A DNA stretch of 42,329 nt from a virus, in the UHGV virus genome UHGV-1357302. One strand, given 5' to 3'. Below, one piece after another: positions 16,206 through 24,084 of the stretch (positions within the stretch are counted from its first letter, which is position 1; each line of letters starts with the position of its first letter). The translations under genes were made by a program, and so were the position numbers. A model generated the notes under the pieces. That model was not told the origin of the DNA, did no database searches, and saw only the letters and a program-made list of their open reading frames with translations.

Positions 16206-16970
16206 TTAGAAGTTTTCTGAAACAACTTCTCCATTTACGATTTTTGCAATCTCTTTATTATCTTTGAGTAATACTATAGGGTAATCTATTTCATATGCAG
16301 ATTTAGCAGATTTAGATAACGATGTGGCACTGTCTAATAAAGATTTTTTTATATCTGATGAATCGAGTTGTTTAACATTTGAAATATCAATTTCTAGCTG
16401 CTTGCTATCAGCATTAAATTTAGAAATAGCTCCCGTTGATTTAAAGATGTAATCAGAATCTCGAACTAAATAATTTTGATATTCTAAATCTTTAGAGGAA
16501 TTAGAGCTGTTATTATCTAATATTGGAAATGTAACATTACCATCTTGAACAACAAAAACATCTTTGTTAATATCACCAGGATATTTCAATTTAATTTTAT
16601 ATTCTTTACCAATAGCATTAGAAATACTCTTAGATAAGTTTGTAAAGTTAGATGAAATATCAGTTAAAGAATCTTTGTATTTTGGTATCTCGGCATTGTC
16701 TGCAACAGTTTTTAAAGTATCTGTTACTGGTAATCCTACTATCGGATCTAAGACAAAGCTTTTTGATTCTTTATCAAAAGTAACTTTATGATTTTTGGAA
16801 AAATTATCTTGCAAGTCTTTTAAAGTTGAGCTTATTAATTCTTCTTTTTTGTTATCAAGTTTACCTACTTCTGTTTCTGAACTATTATTTGTTTTTTCGT
16901 TAGATTGAGAACAACCAGATAATGCAACGGTCAACAGCAAAAGAGATGTGAAAATAACCTTCTTTTTCAT
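16206..16970 (-). CDS. prophage lipoprotein, candidate superinfection-exclusion (Ltp-like) protein
   Basis: 254 aa. Signal peptide MKKKVIFTSLLLLTVALSGC with lipobox LSGC. Ser/Asn/Lys-rich mature domain. Located between int and the repressor, as are the Ltp/Sie lipoproteins of streptococcal and lactococcal temperate phages. Confidence 0.7.
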   Translation of the reverse strand: MKKKVIFTSLLLLTVALSGCSQSNEKTNNSSETEVGKLDNKKEELISSTLKDLQDNFSKNHKVTFDKESKSFVLDPIVGLPVTDTLKTVADNAEIPKYKDSLTDISSNFTNLSKSISNAIGKEYKIKLKYPGDINKDVFVVQDGNVTFPILDNNSSNSSKDLEYQNYLVRDSDYIFKSTGAISKFNADSKQLEIDISNVKQLDSSDIKKSLLDSATSLSKSAKSAYEIDYPIVLLKDNKEIAKIVNGEVVSENF

Positions 16971-17059
16971 TTTTAAAACTCCCCATTTCTGATATAATGT
17001 ATTTATTGAATAATTCTCATAAATGAGGAAAGAGTTCCGTGTTGTAGCACGGGGCTTTT

Positions 17060-17533
17060 TTATTGTAAATTTGTATTTAAAATCATGACTGATAAATCAT
17101 TAAACTCAAAAATTCTTCCTTTATAAAAATGGGTATCACCAAATTTTTGTCGATAATAGGCGAGTACATTTTTTAGCGTTTCAACGTCTACCCCTAAAAA
17201 TTCAGCGCACGTGTAATGATTACTGAATCCTGATTCTGAACACTTAATTAAATCATCTAAAGTGACTAGTTGTTCTAAAGCATATTGTCTAGCTTTTAAT
17301 TCTTGTTTGCGATTTTCTAAACAATCCTGGTTTAATATATCGCCAAACGAGGTATCATGGTGACCAAGTTCTTCAGCTAGCACATTTCTTTTTTCAACTA
17401 GACTCAACGATTTTTCAATATAAATTCTACCATCACGGTACAACCCATAGCATCCAGTATTTTGAAACAAATCTGTTTCAATAACTGGTGCTTTTTTCTG
17501 TACCTCTGACACCAACAGTTCATATTCGTTCAT
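17060..17533 (-). CDS. ImmA/IrrE-family zinc metallopeptidase (anti-repressor protease)
   Basis: 157 aa from ATG 17533, with AGGAG 6 nt upstream and only 4 nt after the XRE stop. HEXXH motif AEELGHHDTSF. The track's longer start would overlap the repressor gene by 70 nt. Confidence 0.75.
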   Translation of the reverse strand: MNEYELLVSEVQKKAPVIETDLFQNTGCYGLYRDGRIYIEKSLSLVEKRNVLAEELGHHDTSFGDILNQDCLENRKQELKARQYALEQLVTLDDLIKCSESGFSNHYTCAEFLGVDVETLKNVLAYYRQKFGDTHFYKGRIFEFNDLSVMILNTNLQ

Positions 17534-17549
17534 AAAATACTCCTGAAAA

Positions 17550-18053
17550 TTATTCTTTATCATCTGATTCATCATCAAAAAGATGTTTACATTCTTTTTG
17601 CTTTCTATCATAATCAGCATCCACTTTATCTAGAAATTTATTAATTTTAAGTTTCTCTTCATCAGTAAATACTTTATCAGGATCTGGTGAATGCGCAGCT
17701 AAAGTATCATATTTTTTCTTGTTAATGTTAACTACATTATTAGAAGATTTATTTTGTTGTGCCAATTGTTCTTTAGCAGTATCATATACAATTTTTTGTC
17801 TTTCGGGTTCTAGTTGGTTGTACAACTCATCGATAGAAGAAATTTGATTTAGTCCAAGAATATATTTAGGATCCAAATCTAAAACAGAAGAAAAGTTTTG
17901 TATTTCATCAAGAGGATATTGATGCTTTAAATTTTCATATCTGGAAAGAGTGGATTTTGGTATGTTTAGTCTTCTTGCCATTTCTGATAATGAAATACCT
18001 AATTCTTTTCTTCTAGCTACTATAATATCCCTGATTTTTTCGTTATTGTTCAT
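17550..18053 (-). CDS. XRE-family HTH repressor (CI/ImmR-like), no S24 peptidase domain
   Basis: 167 aa with RBS AAAGGAGG. N-terminal HTH_3 (LGISLSEMARRLNIPKSTLSRYEN). Acidic C-terminus without an Ala-Gly or Ser-Lys autocleavage signature. Divergent from cro. Confidence 0.8.
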   Translation of the reverse strand: MNNNEKIRDIIVARRKELGISLSEMARRLNIPKSTLSRYENLKHQYPLDEIQNFSSVLDLDPKYILGLNQISSIDELYNQLEPERQKIVYDTAKEQLAQQNKSSNNVVNINKKKYDTLAAHSPDPDKVFTDEEKLKINKFLDKVDADYDRKQKECKHLFDDESDDKE

Positions 18054-18211
18054 AAGTACCTCCTTTCGAAGCTATTATATCATAAAGTTCCAAAAATGAA
18101 ACAAAAATATTTGTTTTTCTAAAAAAGTGTTGCAAAAATGGAACGATGGTGTTATTCTATATTCGTAGCTAGATTATGAAGCTATGAGATTAATAGAGAG
18201 AAGGTGATTAC
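18054..18211. promoter_or_regulatory. divergent lysis/lysogeny switch region with PR candidate and repeated operator-like 16-mers
   Basis: PR candidate: TTGCAA (18131-36), 17-nt spacer, extended -10 TGtTATTCT (18151-59), then cro. Direct 16-nt repeats gttccaaaaatgaaac (18088-18103) and gttgcaaaaatggaac (18130-18145). The second overlaps the -35. Confidence 0.5.
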
Positions 18212-18442
18212 ATGTTTAACACAGATAGAATTAAAGCGGAACGGATTGCTTCTGGATTAACTCAAGAAGAGGCTGCGAATAAACTTGGTTGGTCTAGAGC
18301 TAAGTATGCAAAATTCGAAAACGGAAAGTCTAAAACAGGTGCAGATGATTTGGCAGATTTTGCAGAGATTGTAGGCGTTACAGATATGAATATTTTTTTT
18401 AAATTCACTGTTCCAATAACGGAACGAAAACAACCAGCTTAG
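18212..18442 (+). CDS. Cro-like XRE-family HTH regulator
   Basis: 76 aa. HTH IASGLTQEEAANKLGWSRAKYAKFENG. First gene of the rightward early operon. Confidence 0.75.
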   Translation: MFNTDRIKAERIASGLTQEEAANKLGWSRAKYAKFENGKSKTGADDLADFAEIVGVTDMNIFFKFTVPITERKQPA

Positions 18443-18452
18443 GAGGCAGAAC

Positions 18453-18596
18453 ATGAAGATAACAATCGAAGGAACTGAGCAAGAAATAAAAAATATCCTC
18501 TCAACTATCGGAAGTAGTCAAGAGGATAAAAAACAAATTTCTGTAAAATTAGGAGATGGTTTTATAAATCCTCAAAATACAGAGGTAACTATTTAG
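18453..18596 (+). CDS. small hypothetical protein (47 aa)
   Basis: AGGAGG 6 nt upstream. Sequence is MKITIEGTEQEIKNILSTIGSSQEDKKQISVKLGDGFINPQNTEVTI. Below the track's length cut-off. Confidence 0.3.
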   Translation: MKITIEGTEQEIKNILSTIGSSQEDKKQISVKLGDGFINPQNTEVTI

Positions 18597-18792
18597 ATAT
18601 TTCGGCGTTTTTAAAGTCTTCATTGATTAAATGAAGAAATCCACAACTAGTACATGCTATTACGTCAACAACCAATCCATTACCAACATTAACAGAATTA
18701 GATTTAGTATCAATTTCTGTTAACAGATATCTATCTCCTGATGAAGTTTTAACTGGAGCTATATGTGTGCTACCGCAGTTCATACAGTTCAT
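18589..18792 (-). CDS. zinc-ribbon protein (two CxxC pairs), transcribed against the early operon
   Basis: 67 aa: MNCMNCGSTH...IACTSCGF. Followed on the + strand by 60 nt lacking an obvious terminator. Confidence 0.4.
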   Translation of the reverse strand: MNCMNCGSTHIAPVKTSSGDRYLLTEIDTKSNSVNVGNGLVVDVIACTSCGFLHLINEDFKNAEISK

Positions 18793-18861
18793 TATATTCC
18801 ACCACCTTACAAATTATTTCAGCAGACCACTTGCTGATAATCAAATTATACCAGAAAGGAT

Positions 18862-19056
18862 GTGTTCTATTTGTCAAAAGAAATAAAAGTGCGTTCATTT
18901 TTAGCTGATGGTACAGAAATTTTTGTTAATCCAAAAACAGGAATGTATGATCCGCCAGTATCACCACCTATTGAAAGCCAAAAACGTGTGCTAGACATTA
19001 TCAATAATAGACGAATTGCAGATGCAGAACGAGCGAATAACACGAAGGTTGTCTGA
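18862..19056 (+). CDS. hypothetical early protein
   Basis: 64-aa ORF with a GTG start in the track. No motif recognised. Confidence 0.35.
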   Translation: MFYLSKEIKVRSFLADGTEIFVNPKTGMYDPPVSPPIESQKRVLDIINNRRIADAERANNTKVV

Positions 19057-19058
19057 TT

Positions 19059-19247
19059 ATGGGGTATAGCGAAAGACAACAAAAACAAATTCTAAAGTGG
19101 ATTCAAAATGATAGAAGGGCTATTCAAGAAGATCGTGAAGCCTTAAAAAAAGCTGACATGCTGACCAATAGGAAAATGGAGCAATTTCAAAGTGAATTAG
19201 AAATCTTAAGGGAAATGGAGTTAGAGAATAAGGGGCAACGTCTATGA
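19059..19247 (+). CDS. hypothetical early protein (coiled-coil, charged)
   Basis: 62 aa. Tightly spaced after the previous ORF. Confidence 0.4.
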   Translation: MGYSERQQKQILKWIQNDRRAIQEDREALKKADMLTNRKMEQFQSELEILREMELENKGQRL

Positions 19248-19384
19248 GAGCTTTAACGATAATTACCACGACAGTATTTAGTCTAATAGCATTAGTTGAT
19301 CTATTTACTGGTCATTTTATTCAAGCCGGAATGTTTGGTGTCATAGCATTGTTTGCCAGCGTTGCTTACAGGAGGCGGTTGTGA
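19244..19384 (+). CDS. small membrane peptide (46 aa)
   Basis: ATGA overlap with the previous stop. A single hydrophobic helix (LTIITTTVFSLIALVDLF...GVIALFASVAY). Confidence 0.3.
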   Translation: MRALTIITTTVFSLIALVDLFTGHFIQAGMFGVIALFASVAYRRRL

Positions 19385-19587
19385 TGAAAGAGTTGTATAA
19401 ATCACGCTTACTAGGCGCTTTCATAGGGTTAGCTATAGTTGGCGCAATATTAGCACTAAGTACTCCTGTTGGGTGGTTAGTGGCTATAGCTGGTAGCGCA
19501 AGTCTTACATGGTTTGCAAATGATACAGAAATCCAGTGGGATTTATATGAAAAATCGATTGAAAGGAAAGAAAAAGATGTTGAATGA
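19384..19587 (+). CDS. small membrane protein
   Basis: ATG 19384 overlaps the preceding TGA. Hydrophobic core LLGAFIGLAIVGAILALSTPVGWLVAIAGSASL. Confidence 0.4.
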   Translation: MKELYKSRLLGAFIGLAIVGAILALSTPVGWLVAIAGSASLTWFANDTEIQWDLYEKSIERKEKDVE

Positions 19588-19771
19588 AAATGAGGCTTTC
19601 TTAGTGCGTGAAACCGTGCGAGAAAAGGTTGAATCATTGCAAGACACAGTACGCCATGAAAGTGCTAAACACCCAATGAAACAAGATATCCATACGTTAA
19701 AACATTTTCAAAAAGAATTGGATCGTTATGAAATAATCTATCAAAAAATGTTAAACGAAGTGGGATGTTAA
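19577..19771 (+). CDS. hypothetical protein (65 aa)
   Basis: Start moved to MLNENEAF, which has RBS GGAAAG and overlaps the previous ORF by 11 nt. The track's longer start would overlap by 74 nt. Confidence 0.4.
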   Translation: MLNENEAFLVRETVREKVESLQDTVRHESAKHPMKQDIHTLKHFQKELDRYEIIYQKMLNEVGC

Positions 19772-19922
19772 ACGATGAATGAAATCGAAAAAAAGAGCCT
19801 ACCTCGTTTGCAGACGAAGTCAGGCACTAAACAAAAATTATACAAGTAAATAATAACACGGAAATAGAGAAAGTTAAATGGCAATGTCACATTGTCTAGT
19901 TTCTCAGAAGGAGAGTGAAAAT

Positions 19923-21230
19923 ATGACAGTGAAGATTAACAGTTTAGAAGTAGAAAACGTTAAACGTGTTAAAGCAGTAGTAATCCAACCTAATGAAAAT
20001 GGATTGACAATTCTTGGCGGGAATAATAACCAAGGAAAGACAAGTGTCTTAGATGCAATTGCATGGGCCTTGGGTGGAAATAAGTATAAACCTTCAAATC
20101 CCTATCGCGAAGGTTCTGTGAATCCACCAAACTTAAAAATAACTATGAACAACGGCCTAGTAGTAGAGCGAAAAGGTAAAAACAGCTCTCTCACCGTTTT
20201 GGATCCAGAAGGAAATAAAGGTGGACAACAATTGCTCAATAGCTTTGTAGAAGAATTAGCCATTGATTTACCTAAATTCATGGAATCAACAAGCAAAGAA
20301 AAAGCGGCAACTTTATTACAGATTATTGGTATTGGTGATCAATTAATGTTGCTAGATCGAAAAGAACAAGAAATATATAACGAACGCTATCAAGTTGGTC
20401 GTATTGCAGATCAAAAGAAAAAGTTTGCTGAAGAACAAATTCATTATGCTGATGTGCCAAAGGAATTAGTATCAACTTTTGATTTAATTCAACAACAGCA
20501 ATCTGTGCTAGCTAAGAATGGCGAGAATCAAAAAAAGAGAGAAAATGTTCAACGCCTACAAACACAGTTTGATTATGAAACGCAGGAAGTTGAAAGAGTC
20601 CGTCAGCAGTTAGCACAAATGGAAGAAAAGCTCAAAATCACAGAAAGTGATTTAGCAACAGCGAAAATGTCCGCTCAAGATTTGCAAGATCAATCAACTA
20701 CTGAATTAGAACAAAATATTCAAAATATTGACGAAATCAATCGTAAAGTTCGAGCAAATCTTGATAAAGAAAAAGCTGAACAGGAAGCTGAAGACTATTT
20801 AAATCAGTACAAAGAATTATCTGATGCAATTGATCTTATACGTGAAGAGCGTATGAAGTTATTAGAAAACGCTGACTTGCCACTACCTGAATTGTCAGTA
20901 AAAGATGGTGAGTTGGTTTATAAAGGACAGCAGTGGGACAACATGAGTGGTTCAGATCAATTAAAAGTTTCAACTGCAATCGTACGCAAACTAAAACCTC
21001 AATGTGGCTTTGTTTTGTTAGATAAATTGGAACAGATGGATATGATTACACTTAATGAATTTAGTCAGTGGCTGCAACAAGAAGGATTACAAGCCATTGC
21101 TACCAGAGTGTCTACTGGGGAAGAATGTAGCATCATTATTGAAGATGGATATGTAACTGAAAATAAATTAGTTGAGGGCGGAACCCCACCTCAACAAGTA
21201 CAACCAACATGGACGAAAGGAGCATTCTAA
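19923..21230 (+). CDS. SMC/RecF/SbcC-like recombination ATPase (AAA_23-type)
   Basis: Start at MTVKINSLEV (RBS GAAGGAGAGTGA). N-terminal Walker A GGNNNQGKTSVLDAIAWAL. Long central coiled coil. C-terminal Walker B / D-loop GFVLLDKLEQMD. Confidence 0.7.
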   Translation: MTVKINSLEVENVKRVKAVVIQPNENGLTILGGNNNQGKTSVLDAIAWALGGNKYKPSNPYREGSVNPPNLKITMNNGLVVERKGKNSSLTVLDPEGNKGGQQLLNSFVEELAIDLPKFMESTSKEKAATLLQIIGIGDQLMLLDRKEQEIYNERYQVGRIADQKKKFAEEQIHYADVPKELVSTFDLIQQQQSVLAKNGENQKKRENVQRLQTQFDYETQEVERVRQQLAQMEEKLKITESDLATAKMSAQDLQDQSTTELEQNIQNIDEINRKVRANLDKEKAEQEAEDYLNQYKELSDAIDLIREERMKLLENADLPLPELSVKDGELVYKGQQWDNMSGSDQLKVSTAIVRKLKPQCGFVLLDKLEQMDMITLNEFSQWLQQEGLQAIATRVSTGEECSIIIEDGYVTENKLVEGGTPPQQVQPTWTKGAF

Positions 21231-21233
21231 TTT

Positions 21234-22280
21234 ATGAACATTACACGTGGAGTAATTGCGAAAGCACAAAAATCAGTAATTTATGGACCCGAAGGAATTG
21301 GAAAATCCACTTTGGCAGCCGAGTTCCCAGATCCATTATTTATTGATACTGAAGGAAGTACTAATAATATGAACGTTGCCCGAATGGATAAACCAACTAG
21401 TTGGAGTATGTTGATGCAACAAATTGAATTTGTTAAGCAAGCAATGCCATGTAAAACACTAGTTATAGATACAGCAGACTGGGCAGAACGTTTGTGCATT
21501 GAGTTTATAACTAGCAGCGCAAATAAAACAAGTATTACCCAATTTGGTTATGGAGAGGGCTTTATAAAATTAGAAGAAGAATTTGGGCGTTTCTTAAACA
21601 AGCTATCAGATTTAACGGAACTAGGAATTAACGTTGTTCTTACAGCTCATGCCAAAATTGTAAAGTTTGAACAGCCAGATGAAATGGGTGCTTATGATCG
21701 GTGGGAATTAAAATTAGGTAATAAGACGACAGCTAAAACAGCCTCAATAACTAAAGAATGGGGAGACATGGTTTTATTTTGTAATTACAAAACTTTATCT
21801 ATTGCTGCGGATGATAAAGGAAGTAAGTTTAAAGGTCAAGGTGGAAAACGAGTTATTTATACGACACATCATCCAGCTTGGGATGCTAAGAATCGTTTTA
21901 GTTTACCCGATGAAATGGACATGAGCTTTGCTGGCTTAGCACATATTTTTACGCCCAAGAATCCCTTGCCAGTGCAACAACCAGTAATGGAACCGCAAGT
22001 ACAAGAGAATCATCAAGAATTACAGTCAGAACCACAAGTACAATCTATTAACGATTCATCGGTTGACTATACAGGTATTCCACAAAATTTAGTCGATTTA
22101 ATGAAAGCTAACAACGTTTTACCAGAAGAAATTATGGCAGCTACAGAGTCTAAAGGTTATTACCCAACAGGTACCCCAATTCAGAATTATGATCTTGGTT
22201 ACATTGATGGCGTATTGGTTGCAGCTTGGCCAGATGTGTTTGCGATGATTCAAGAAATTAGAAAACAAAAAGTAAACTAG
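21234..22280 (+). CDS. Sak4-like RecA-fold ATPase (AAA_24)
   Basis: Walker A VIYGPEGIGKSTLAAEF followed by FIDTEGS. Walker B LVIDTADW. An extra Gln/Pro-rich C-terminal region of about 100 aa. Confidence 0.75.
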   Translation: MNITRGVIAKAQKSVIYGPEGIGKSTLAAEFPDPLFIDTEGSTNNMNVARMDKPTSWSMLMQQIEFVKQAMPCKTLVIDTADWAERLCIEFITSSANKTSITQFGYGEGFIKLEEEFGRFLNKLSDLTELGINVVLTAHAKIVKFEQPDEMGAYDRWELKLGNKTTAKTASITKEWGDMVLFCNYKTLSIAADDKGSKFKGQGGKRVIYTTHHPAWDAKNRFSLPDEMDMSFAGLAHIFTPKNPLPVQQPVMEPQVQENHQELQSEPQVQSINDSSVDYTGIPQNLVDLMKANNVLPEEIMAATESKGYYPTGTPIQNYDLGYIDGVLVAAWPDVFAMIQEIRKQKVN

Positions 22281-22289
22281 GAGGAAAAA

Positions 22290-22877
22290 ATGATGACACA
22301 ACAATTTCAACAAGAACGTGAATTAGGATGGGACGATACTATCCAACAAGATAATGATGGAGGCTTATTGTTAGAGCCAGGAGATTATATTTTTGAAGTA
22401 GTTAAATTCGAAAGATCTCGTTATACACCTAGAAGTGGGGATGCAAAACTTCCAGCTTGTAATATGGCTAAATTAGAATTGAAAATCCAAACAGCTCAAG
22501 GGACAGCCATCGTCTTCAATAATTTATATTTGCACACTTCTACAGAAGGGTTATTGTCCGCTTTCTTTGCTTCAATTGGCCAAAAGAAAAAAGGAGAGCC
22601 ATTACAAATGAATTGGACTTTAGTTCCTGGATCAAAAGGTGCAGTGAAAATTAAACATCGTTCATATAATAACAACACATACAACGATGTAGATCGTTTC
22701 TATCCAAGTGACGACAGCTACTATCAAACAAAAGAAATGCCTGAGATTGTTAAACAGTTACAACAGCCAATTCAAGGAACTCAACCAGGAATGCCACAAC
22801 AAAACAATTGGCAAGCACCACAGGCACCACATCCAGCTCAACAGCCAACTCAGGGATATCAACCAGGAGCATTTTAG
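22290..22877 (+). CDS. hypothetical protein (DUF669-like partner of Sak4), Gln/Pro-rich C-terminus
   Basis: Position immediately after the AAA_24 gene. AGGAGGAAAAAATGATG RBS. Low-complexity QQP tail. Confidence 0.4.
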   Translation: MMTQQFQQERELGWDDTIQQDNDGGLLLEPGDYIFEVVKFERSRYTPRSGDAKLPACNMAKLELKIQTAQGTAIVFNNLYLHTSTEGLLSAFFASIGQKKKGEPLQMNWTLVPGSKGAVKIKHRSYNNNTYNDVDRFYPSDDSYYQTKEMPEIVKQLQQPIQGTQPGMPQQNNWQAPQAPHPAQQPTQGYQPGAF

Positions 22878-22889
22878 GAGGAAAATACT

Positions 22890-23318
22890 ATGAGCAAAGA
22901 AATCGAATTAAATTTATCCAAATTAGCTAATGGAGCAATTCAAGAAAAATTAGATGGTGAATTAAAAAAGTTGTTTGAAAATATTCATGATCCGAATACT
23001 TCTCCAGTTGCTAAGCGAGCAATCACTATTAAGTTAGAATTTAAACCAGATGAAAATCGTCAAGTAGTTTCAATGACAAGTGATTTTAGCTTGAAATTAG
23101 CACCAGTTGATGGAGTGAATACAACGGTATTAACAGGAAAAGATTTAAATACAGGACAGATTGAGGCACACGAGCTTCAATCTTCAGTCCCTGGTCAAAC
23201 GTATATGGATCCAGAAACAGGGGAACCCAAAACAGATATTGGTGAACCAATTGATGTAATTGAAAAAGAAGAAGCAAAGCAAAAACAAATCATAGACTTA
23301 CAGGAGAAAAGAGGATAA
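22890..23318 (+). CDS. hypothetical acidic protein (142 aa)
   Basis: RBS GGAGGAAAATACTATG. No motif recognised. Confidence 0.5.
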   Translation: MSKEIELNLSKLANGAIQEKLDGELKKLFENIHDPNTSPVAKRAITIKLEFKPDENRQVVSMTSDFSLKLAPVDGVNTTVLTGKDLNTGQIEAHELQSSVPGQTYMDPETGEPKTDIGEPIDVIEKEEAKQKQIIDLQEKRG

Positions 23319-23322
23319 TTAA

Positions 23323-24072
23323 ATGACAATGACTAAAGAAGCAATTCAATATTTAATGGAACAAGGAATAAAGCCAGAAAATCGATTGATTAATTTTGAT
23401 AATGACGAACGTTGGATTTTAATAGACGCTGCAGGACAAGGAAAAGAAATTTTACCTCGTGTCTACACTGCAGAGGAACCGCTAAGAATTAATACACTAA
23501 GTGGATTAGTAAATTATATTAAAGCAAATTTAGAGAGAGAATCAAAAAAACTAATTGTGCATATTAAAAATGAAGCGACAGTTTCAGTAAAAGGTTTGCT
23601 TGAAGTAAATGGGGAACGTGAAACATTAGCTGTTGCTCAAGCGATTATCCCGACTTTCAATTTTGACTGTTTCATGGATACTGAAACCTTCAATATTGCT
23701 TTGCAGTCAAAATTTGTCGATAACAAGGACCGTGGCATTCTTTTAAAAGTTGTTGGCAATATTGCTGAAGAAAATGTAAAAACTACAGGAGATGACGGTG
23801 TTAGTCAAGCAGTCACTATTAACCAAGGTGTTGCATCAAAAGCGGATGTGCGTGTTCCTAATCCAGTAGAACTTGCGCCATATCGGACGTTTTTAGAAGT
23901 CGAACAACCTGAAAGCCAATTTGTTTTCCGCATGAAAGATGGCCCTCGTTGTGCAATCTTTGAAGCTGATGGTGGGGCATGGAGAAATCAAGCAATTACC
24001 AATATTCGAGAGTATCTAAAAGATGAACTATTTGAAGAAATTGATTCTAATCGTATTACGATCCTTGCATAG
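23323..24072 (+). CDS. hypothetical replication-module protein (249 aa)
   Basis: Tightly packed in the operon. No motif recognised. Confidence 0.5.
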   Translation: MTMTKEAIQYLMEQGIKPENRLINFDNDERWILIDAAGQGKEILPRVYTAEEPLRINTLSGLVNYIKANLERESKKLIVHIKNEATVSVKGLLEVNGERETLAVAQAIIPTFNFDCFMDTETFNIALQSKFVDNKDRGILLKVVGNIAEENVKTTGDDGVSQAVTINQGVASKADVRVPNPVELAPYRTFLEVEQPESQFVFRMKDGPRCAIFEADGGAWRNQAITNIREYLKDELFEEIDSNRITILA

Positions 24073-24084
24073 AAGGTGACGGTA

